Assembly (NCBI GenBank): GCA_044222475.1
Contig: JBGANF010000005.1
Span: 78,211 to 142,210 of the forward strand
Source: Polyangiaceae bacterium
Lineage (GTDB): Bacteria; Myxococcota_A; Polyangia; Polyangiales; Polyangiaceae
Reading direction: 5' to 3'
DNA length: 64,000 nucleotides
A program made the position numbers and the translations under genes. Shown here piece by piece: positions 59,154 to 64,000 of this stretch; within the stretch, counting starts at the first letter, position 1; each line of letters starts with the position of its first letter. The notes beneath the pieces are model-generated. The model saw only the letters and a program-made list of their open reading frames with translations, was not told the DNA's origin and did not search any database.

Positions 59154-59597
59154 GTGTTGGGGCTGAAGCTCGTCTATCGCTGTCCCCGAACCTTCGACGA
59201 GCTCGAAGGGACGGACCGCGTCGCTCGACGCTGCAGCGAGTGTCAGCTCTCGGTGGTGAACTTCGACGGGCTCACCGAGAGCGAACGCACCGAGTACCTC
59301 GCCCTCGCGGAGCGGGCGGAGGAAGGTGTGTGCGCTTCGTTTCGAGGTGACCTGGACGAGGTCTCGTCGTGCCACGAGCACCCCGAGGCGCGGCTGCCCA
59401 AGACGAAGACCGTCGCCGTTTTGGGTCGGGTGACGGCGCCGGAGGTCGACCGTAGGTGGGAGGCAGAACGTCTGCGCGTGCTGGCAGAAGCGCCGCCGGG
59501 AGAACGGGCCGAGGCGCTGGCAAGACTCGAGCGGCGCGTGGCGGAGGCCCGAGCAGGGATGGCGGAGATCCTGGTGCGGGTGAGGTCGAGGGGCTGA
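59154..59597 (+). CDS. Hypothetical Cys-motif protein
   Basis: CP..FDEL.G...RRCSEC..V.NF...VC; TATGAT 6 nt upstream of GTG. Confidence 0.7.
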   Translation: MLGLKLVYRCPRTFDELEGTDRVARRCSECQLSVVNFDGLTESERTEYLALAERAEEGVCASFRGDLDEVSSCHEHPEARLPKTKTVAVLGRVTAPEVDRRWEAERLRVLAEAPPGERAEALARLERRVAEARAGMAEILVRVRSRG

Positions 59598-59620
59598 GAT
59601 TCGACCCTATGAGGTAGCTC

Positions 59621-60145
59621 GTGAGCGCTTGGCAGACGTTGCCTCGAGTGAGCTGGAGCAGCCCGCCGCTTCTGAGCTTCCGGGCGTCGCGCGCGACCAT
59701 GGAGGACGCGCTCGGTGTCCCGCCGATCGCGAACGCGGACTCGAACGGGCTCGGTCCCTTCGACGCTTGGGCGATCCGCTTCGAGTGCGGATTGGAGGTT
59801 TGGGTGTGGCTCTTCCAGCTTCGCTCGGATGGTTCGACGGTGGACGATCCGCACGATCCGCACGAGCTGGCGAACGCCGAGGTGCATGCGAACGAGCCGC
59901 GCGAGAAACACATTCTCTTTCACCTGCCGGTGGCGGTGACCGATCTCGGTCATTGGGATCCGTCGCCGGTGGTCCCCGAACCGCTCGACTGGTGTCTCGT
60001 GCGGCAAGACGACAACGGAGCGCGCTTCGAGATCGCGAGGTATCCGTCGCGGTGCGAAGCGATGGCGCACGCGGCGACGTTCGAGGCGCGAGGGCACAAG
60101 CAGACCTACTGGGTCGAACGAGTCACGCCGCGAGGGACGGACTGA
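59621..60145 (+). CDS. Hypothetical protein with C-terminal RQDDNG...GHKQTYWV domain
   Basis: LVRQDDNGARFEIARY...FEARGHKQTYWVE. Confidence 0.7.
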   Translation: MSAWQTLPRVSWSSPPLLSFRASRATMEDALGVPPIANADSNGLGPFDAWAIRFECGLEVWVWLFQLRSDGSTVDDPHDPHELANAEVHANEPREKHILFHLPVAVTDLGHWDPSPVVPEPLDWCLVRQDDNGARFEIARYPSRCEAMAHAATFEARGHKQTYWVERVTPRGTD

Positions 60146-60147
60146 GG

Positions 60148-60196
60148 CTCAGGGCAACAAACCCATGCTTCGACCCCACTCCCGCATCGCATCTGC
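60148..60196. repeat. Diverged 49-bp direct repeat, copy 1
   Basis: 41/49 identical to 62601-62649 by manual alignment. Confidence 0.8.
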
Positions 60197-60739
60197 CAGG
60201 TGGGCCTCGCGTACGAGATGCTTCAACAACCGCGTCGCCTCTTGGCGTTCGCCAACGACGACGGCAAAGGCGACGGCGTCCGTGCCTCAGGCGGCAGCTC
60301 TCGCAGTCTGGAAGTTGGCGTGCGTGTCGAGCCAAGGCAGGCCAAACGTCCGCAAGGCGTCGAGAACCCGATTGGCGACCGGGGCTGGATCATCCCTGGC
60401 GGCTAGCTCCCACCAATCGTCCACCCCTCGCGGCATCAGCCGACCGATGCGGGCACGGAGCTGACACTCGTATTCCGTCGGGCCCACCGCGCTCGGAGTC
60501 CAGCCGAGGAAGGTCTTCACCGCGTGGACTTCCGGGAAGAACACTCCGAGGTTGAGCGTGAACCGTAACTCGGTCGCCGAGCTCCAGGCGCTCGATTGAA
60601 CGTTGACCACCTGGACGGATCGCTCTCCCTTCCGGCGGAAGTTACGTCCGACCTTCTTGAAACCGTTGGGCCGCAGAAGCGGTGTAATCCCGGCTGCCAC
60701 GACTCGATCGAGCAGTGCTTGCGCGGGGGTTTTCGGCAT
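60149..60739 (-). pseudogene. DUF4304-like gene with in-frame TGA at 60287-60289
   Basis: LRPNGFKKVGRNF...VNVQSS...FTLNLGVF...GLPWLD; the same frame continues 45 codons past the TGA to a stop at 60149. Confidence 0.65.
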
Positions 60740-60868
60740 CCGGTGAGAGTAGCCGGAGATTCATCGCTCCACGTTGGTGAGCGAGTCCGGTTCTCGGGCA
60801 GGCATCGAGGAGGTACGCGAAGACCTGCTACTACAAACCAGGTCAGGCCGGATCCCCCCGCGGATGGC

Positions 60869-61630
60869 TCATCCCGCGCGTTCGAGCAATCCAGCCTTCC
60901 GTAACTCCCGGCGTACTTCCCGCTCTACCGCGTCGAAGTGCGGTACTTCACCGACATGCTGCGAAAGCTCCTCCTCCCAATGGCGCCGGTACTCCTCTAC
61001 CCGCCTCTCGAACTTCTCAGCGAACGTGGCCGGGACCAGCTTTCGATGAGTCGCCTTTTGCCGAAATAGATCCGCCGCCGCATCAAGATCCTGCTCGGCG
61101 AGAAGTAGGTTGAGATCGAGAAAATCGCGGCACTGACGCCGTTGCAGAACGCAGCGGAGCTTCTCCGCCGTGACCTCAAGCCTGGTGTACGCGAGGACAT
61201 TGCATTCTGGAGTGTCCGACCATCGTGGGAGCAGCGCGCGGCGTTCGGTGTTCACCACCAGCTCATCATCGGCAAGATCCAGTTTGATGGTTCGCGCCGC
61301 CCCCAGCGGTCCCACGTAAGCGATTGCGTCGCCGTCGAGTCCCAGCTCCGGGATCGACTCGGGTCGCTTCGAGGCCAACGCGCCTCGGATCACCTCACGC
61401 GCCTCCTCTTCGCTTCCAGCGACGACCGAGTAATCAAGATCCGCCGAGTAGCGGTAGTCGTCGAAGTGTAGAAGCCTCAGCGAGGTTCCTCCCTTGAACA
61501 CGAGCTTGTGGTCCGCATCGTGTGCCGAGATGAGCGCGACGATGTGGGCGAGCAAGTAGTCCCGTTCGACGACACGCGCGTCCACGCCGTCTCTGCTCGC
61601 GATCTTCGTGATCTGACCTTTCGTCGTCAT
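60869..61630 (-). CDS. abiEii: AbiEii/AbiGii nucleotidyltransferase toxin (type IV TA)
   Basis: VERDY, LVFKGGTSL, RYSADLDY, AEKL, RDFLDL. Confidence 0.92.
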   Translation of the reverse strand: MTTKGQITKIASRDGVDARVVERDYLLAHIVALISAHDADHKLVFKGGTSLRLLHFDDYRYSADLDYSVVAGSEEEAREVIRGALASKRPESIPELGLDGDAIAYVGPLGAARTIKLDLADDELVVNTERRALLPRWSDTPECNVLAYTRLEVTAEKLRCVLQRRQCRDFLDLNLLLAEQDLDAAADLFRQKATHRKLVPATFAEKFERRVEEYRRHWEEELSQHVGEVPHFDAVEREVRRELRKAGLLERAG

Positions 61631-62430
61631 TGGTGCACGACGTTCTCCAACTCCGACGGCGAGTGATCCCAACGAACCCACCATTTCGCGTCGCGGTAGG
61701 TCGATTCCTCGTGCCCCGGTTCGAGATCGATGTCGCTGCTTGGCTTCGTCAGTGGCGCCAGTCGGCCGGCCAGCCCGGCGATCCTCAGCGTATCGACGAG
61801 GGAACCAATCCGGCGAAGCGCAGGCCCCCACGACAACACGCGCGCATAGTTCGTGAGCTTCTCCGCATCAACGCCCTTCGACGATGCTGCACCGAGCGCC
61901 TCTGCAAGGACGGCGATTCCACCCACGAGTTCTGGGCGCGCGGCAGCATCGAGCAGCGACCGTTCGAGGTCCGACATGAAGACACCATCCTGTTTCACCG
62001 CCCCGACTTCGAGGGCAGTCGCGGGCTCCTGCACAACTGTGAGTCGCCGCCCGGAGAGCGTTTCGCTTCGCGTCGGCTTGGCGAGCGCAAGCTGGATGGA
62101 GCGCGACGGGTGCGCGAGAAGATCGAGTTGGTCGAGCGCGGTTCGGTATGCGACGCGATGCCGAACATCGCTAAACCCTGCGGCGACTGAGAGGAGGACG
62201 CTCTCCGCAGCGGCGGTCGTACCGAGCGTCCCAAGTTGTCGGATCGCGTAGTGCCCGCGTCGAACGCGGTCGAGCAGCCCATCGCGAACAAGTCGACCGA
62301 GGAGGTTTCCGGTTGCTGCCGCAGATCGGTCGAGGCGCACGGCAGCCTCGGCGGCGGTGAACTGCGTCACGCCGTCGCTGAGGAACTCGTCGAGCAACTT
62401 CAGACCGTTGAGTTGTCCCGTGGAGCGCAT
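61627..62430 (-). CDS. abiEi: AbiEi-family antitoxin / transcriptional regulator
   Basis: N-terminal wHTH (LVRDGLLDRVRRGHY), SDLERSLLD...PELVGG, RRIG; ATGA overlap with the toxin gene. Confidence 0.88.
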   Translation of the reverse strand: MRSTGQLNGLKLLDEFLSDGVTQFTAAEAAVRLDRSAAATGNLLGRLVRDGLLDRVRRGHYAIRQLGTLGTTAAAESVLLSVAAGFSDVRHRVAYRTALDQLDLLAHPSRSIQLALAKPTRSETLSGRRLTVVQEPATALEVGAVKQDGVFMSDLERSLLDAAARPELVGGIAVLAEALGAASSKGVDAEKLTNYARVLSWGPALRRIGSLVDTLRIAGLAGRLAPLTKPSSDIDLEPGHEESTYRDAKWWVRWDHSPSELENVVHQ

Positions 62431-62456
62431 AGATCACGTCTTTCGTGAACAACACC

Positions 62457-62485
62457 ATTCTGACCACTACATGTCCAGTTGTCAA
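62457..62485 (-). promoter_or_regulatory. sigma70 promoter of the abiE operon
   Basis: TTGACA-17bp-CAGAAT; imperfect inverted repeat ACAACT-N8-AGTGGT overlapping the spacer. Confidence 0.65.
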
Positions 62486-62496
62486 CGACGCGTATT

Positions 62497-62922
62497 TCAC
62501 ATCATACGTGTAGTTAGCAGGTTATGCTGCATGGCCGCGGGTCTCCGCGACATTTCGGCGTAATTCCCGATGGATGCGAGCCAGGTGGCTCCGCCTCGGC
62601 CTCGGGGCAACAACCCCATGCTTCGGCCCCATTGCCGGATCGCTTCCGCACCCGTCGCGTCGATGGCGTCGAGTGTCGCGTCGGCACCCATCCTCACGTG
62701 TACCCAGGACGGACAGTCCGGCCAAGCGTCCACACGCACACGGCCCTTCTTGCTGGTCCAAAGCTCCAGTTCGACCGCCGCGTGGGCCTCGTCGAACTGC
62801 GCGACGTACCTCGCCGTCCCCGTCCGGCGAACCGCAAGCGCCCCATCGGTCACGAGAACCTCGTCCACCAGGCCCCCAGATGCAAAGACGTACACGTCCA
62901 TTCGCAAGCTCTCCGTCCTCAC
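62497..62922 (-). CDS. Hypothetical protein, possibly chimeric
   Basis: GTGA-coupled to the upstream ORF; contains AEAIRQWGRSMGLLP shared with the DUF4304-like tail; 3' end runs into AT-richer DNA. Confidence 0.5.
   Translation of the reverse strand: MRTESLRMDVYVFASGGLVDEVLVTDGALAVRRTGTARYVAQFDEAHAAVELELWTSKKGRVRVDAWPDCPSWVHVRMGADATLDAIDATGAEAIRQWGRSMGLLPRGRGGATWLASIGNYAEMSRRPAAMQHNLLTTRMM
62601..62649. repeat. Diverged 49-bp direct repeat, copy 2
   Basis: 41/49 identical to 60148-60196. Confidence 0.8.
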
Positions 62923-63299
62923 CAGCGGGAAGACTCGACCCAGCCGATGATCGGGTTGCCCGAGTAGTCGACCGGCGCGCGCTTTTCGTACGCGTCGTAG
63001 AACCTCGCGTGTTCTTCGATGGGTCTCACGGTTCCCGACGAGCCGTCCTCGCGGCTCGTCAAGTGGTCACCCACATGCTCCACGAAGAGCGCGTGCCAGT
63101 GTTGCTCGTCCGCGATCTGTGCCGCGGTCAATCGGCGGACGACGTATCGACGAAGGTTGCCCGATTCGCCGCAGTACTCGAACCAGCCGATCTCCCCGCG
63201 GTAGACGAGCGCCCCGCTGAGTGCCCCATCGTAGTAGTCGTGCACCCAAAGGAACCGGAGGTCGCTTTCGTCGAGCTCGGGCAGCCCCGTGAGATCGAT
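62919..63299 (-). CDS. Hypothetical protein lacking an obvious start codon
   Basis: LRFLWVHDYYDGALSG...HALFVEHVG...IIGW; no ATG/GTG/TTG in frame between the tRNA and residue VHD. Confidence 0.5.
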   Translation of the reverse strand: MDLTGLPELDESDLRFLWVHDYYDGALSGALVYRGEIGWFEYCGESGNLRRYVVRRLTAAQIADEQHWHALFVEHVGDHLTSREDGSSGTVRPIEEHARFYDAYEKRAPVDYSGNPIIGWVESSRW

Positions 63300-63326
63300 G
63301 CTCGTTTCACTCGAGCTCGGTGTTGT

Positions 63327-63402
63327 TGGCGTCCCCAGGGGGAGTCGAACCCCCGTTAGCGACGTGAAAAGCCGCGGTCCTGGGCCACTAGACGATGGGG
63401 AC
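63327..63402 (-). tRNA. tRNA-Glu (TTC)
   Basis: GTCCCCA-TC-GTCTAGTGGCCCAGGAC-C-GCGGC-TTTTCAC-GTCGC-TAAC-GGGGG-TTCGACT-CCCCC-TGGGGAC-G-CCA; 76 nt, full cloverleaf, encoded CCA. Confidence 0.97.
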
Positions 63403-63450
63403 ATTCGGTCACCGACGTTCCGGCGCCGAAAAATCTGTCAGAGCGCGCCG

Positions 63451-63828
63451 CTACTTCTTCGCGGGCGCCTTCTTCGGCGCAGCAGCGGCCTTCGCCGGCT
63501 TCGCCGCCTTGGCTTCGACGGCCGGCTTCGACGGCGCGGCCTTCGGCGGCGCAGCCTTCGTCGTCCCAGCGAGCTTGTGCACCTGCGCCGAGAGACGCGA
63601 GATGGTGCGCGAGGCCGCCTTCGGGTGAATCGCGCCCTTGGTCGCCGCCTTGTCGAGCGCCTTCACCGCGATCGCGAGCGCGCGGGTCGCGCCATCCTTG
63701 TTCTTTTCGGTGAGTGCAGTGTGCACGCGCTTCACCACCGTCTTGACCGAGCTTTCGATCGCGCGGTTACGGGCGGTGCGGGTGATGCGTTGACGGTTGC
63801 GTTTGTCGGCGGACGGATGGTTGGCCAC
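63451..63828 (-). CDS. rpsT: 30S ribosomal protein S20 with Lys/Ala/Pro-rich C-terminal extension
   Basis: ANHPSADKRNRQ...RNR...LDKAATKGAIHPKAASRTISRL; GAGGA SD. Confidence 0.97.
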   Translation of the reverse strand: MANHPSADKRNRQRITRTARNRAIESSVKTVVKRVHTALTEKNKDGATRALAIAVKALDKAATKGAIHPKAASRTISRLSAQVHKLAGTTKAAPPKAAPSKPAVEAKAAKPAKAAAAPKKAPAKK

Positions 63829-63884
63829 GGCGTAATTCCTCGGGAAATTGGCCTCGGCGGATGCATCCCGCCGGAGGACGGCGC

Positions 63885-63912
63885 ACTCTATGCGAAGTCC
63901 GGGCAGTGTCAA
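63885..63912 (-). promoter_or_regulatory. sigma70 promoter of rpsT
   Basis: TTGACA-16bp-TAGAGT followed by GC-rich discriminator GCGCCGTC. Confidence 0.75.
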
Positions 63913-63933
63913 GCTGGGCCTCTGACCCCGCGG

Positions 63934-64000
63934 TCAGAGCAGCAAGATGCGGAATCCCGCCCCCCCCAGCTTCGAAGGCACCACCTCGAGCTTCCCGTCG
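63934..64000 (-). CDS. 3' end of a gene, probably a histidine kinase ATPase domain (partial)
   Basis: DGKLEVVPSKLGGAGFRILLL*; hairpin CTCTGACC-CCGC-GGTCAGAG overlaps the stop. Confidence 0.5.
   Translation of the reverse strand, partial: DGKLEVVPSKLGGAGFRILLL

Noticed and set aside
59845..59866. 9-bp tandem CGATCCGCA
   Set aside because: Two and a bit copies encoding DPHDPH; too short to be meaningful.
60287..60330. Selenocysteine recoding of the in-frame TGA
   Set aside because: The context is not a redox motif and no convincing bacterial SECIS was distinguishable from background GC hairpins; a nonsense mutation is more parsimonious.
57000..63326. attL/attR duplication of the tRNA-Glu 3' end
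   Set aside because: No second copy of the TGGCGTCCCCAGGGGG-like sequence found by eye, and no integrase in the window.
63871..63910. RNase P RNA-like word GAAGTCCGGGC
   Set aside because: Lacks the full GAGGAAAGTCC context and coincides with the rpsT promoter spacer on the opposite strand.

Overview
Very GC-rich bacterial chromosome segment. Gene content and style suggest Myxococcota, most like Polyangia (Labilithrix/Sorangium relatives); this is inferred from many Cys-rich lipoproteins with Asp-Ala-Gly-type linkers, a Ser/Thr kinase, an FG-GAP protein and sigma54 promoters. About 70 densely packed CDSs. Housekeeping or metabolic genes include pfkA, acyl-CoA dehydrogenase, acyl-CoA ligase, a DEAD-box helicase, SulP, Prx/Grx, rpsT and tRNA-Glu(TTC). 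There are many secreted hydrolases, a Crp/Fnr-YwiC locus, a CreBC-like two-component system with a cre-tag, an NrtR-box-preceded PARG-like gene, an archaeal-type TrmY homolog and a RAYT-like Y1 transposase. An accessory region downstream of tRNA-Glu carries an AbiEi/AbiEii type IV toxin-antitoxin pair. The strongest non-annotated patterns are: (i) pervasive leaderless promoter architecture, with TANNNT 6-9 nt before start codons and sigma54 -24/-12 sites that place +1 almost on the ATG; (ii) a sigma54-driven three-gene module encoding a heme-motif protein, a lipoprotein and a Tat substrate; (iii) a recurrent D-[AGSTV]-[GAST] linker motif in lipoproteins; (iv) a DUF4304-like gene with an in-frame TGA whose hidden C-terminal peptide is repeated 2.45 kb away, so the two copies flank the AbiE module. 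No CRISPR array, rRNA or integrase was seen. All family calls come from motif recognition by eye, not database searches.
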